Below are positions 63,998-64,000 of a stretch of DNA of 64,000 nucleotides, piece after piece. A program made the position numbers and the translations under genes. Positions within the stretch are counted from its first letter, which is position 1, and the number at the start of each line of letters is the position of its first letter. The notes beneath the pieces are model-generated. The model was not told the DNA's origin, did not search any database, and worked only from the letters and a program-made list of their open reading frames with translations. Source of the stretch: Candidatus Sulfotelmatobacter sp. (lineage in GTDB: Bacteria > Acidobacteriota > Terriglobia > Terriglobales > Acidobacteriaceae); NCBI GenBank assembly GCA_035486795.1, contig DATHMS010000025.1:16-64015 (forward strand), written 5' to 3'.

Positions 63998-64000
63998 TTT

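Overview
The window is GC-rich (judged by eye, not computed) and densely coding. It looks like core chromosome of an Acidobacteriota-like soil bacterium; that taxon call is an inference from gene content and from a short dispersed motif I recall from such genomes. I support about 57 protein-coding genes. I found no rRNA, tRNA, CRISPR array, transposase, integrase or phage genes.

Gene content in order:
- 0-10 kb: a SIS-domain GlmS-like isomerase, an RNB exoribonuclease, a DHH phosphoesterase, a fur-family operon carrying two tandem zinc-ribbon membrane paralogs, and a penicillin/AHL-acylase-family gene.
- 10-20 kb: an alpha/beta hydrolase and a STAS gene lying divergent from a PAS-PAS sigma54 activator, a yitJ-type MetH-N/MetF fusion, and xseB, an orphan receiver and ispA.
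- 20-34 kb: a BshB1-like deacetylase, hpt, a GAF-GAF-PP2C phosphatase coupled to lysA, nadK, tlyA, yebC, a Ser/Thr kinase with a beta-propeller domain, two adjacent 2OG-Fe(II)-oxygenase-like genes (one carrying a 39-bp proline-rich tandem repeat), and purQ.
- 35-42 kb: PPK2, a hydroxyproline-epimerase-family gene, a CHAD+HD protein, and a large HEAT-like protein with a C-terminal PilZ domain.
- 42-55 kb: one long minus-strand respiratory block, nuoA-[PH-like ORF]-nuoC-D-H-J-K-L-M-N, followed directly by atpZ-like, atpI, atpB and atpE.
- 55-64 kb: lysS, small accessory genes, and a 930-aa Thr/Ala-rich secreted protein.

I cannot point to one clear-cut new system. The best candidates for follow-up are:
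1. The nuo cluster lacks nuoB, nuoI and nuoEFG and has a small PH-like gene plus a repeat element in the nuoB position.
2. The paired 2OG-oxygenase-like genes include one with an internal Pro-rich repeat.
3. Almost every spacer of the nuo/atp block is built from its own short tandem or inverted word repeats, including a 22-bp perfect inverted repeat around a bidirectional terminator.
4. A perfect palindromic Fur-type operator sits between fur and the acylase.
5. A candidate sigma54 promoter lies in front of the STAS-hydrolase pair, divergent from the activator.
6. PPK2, a CHAD/HD protein and a PilZ protein are neighbours.

All functional calls come from motif recognition by eye. No database search was run.
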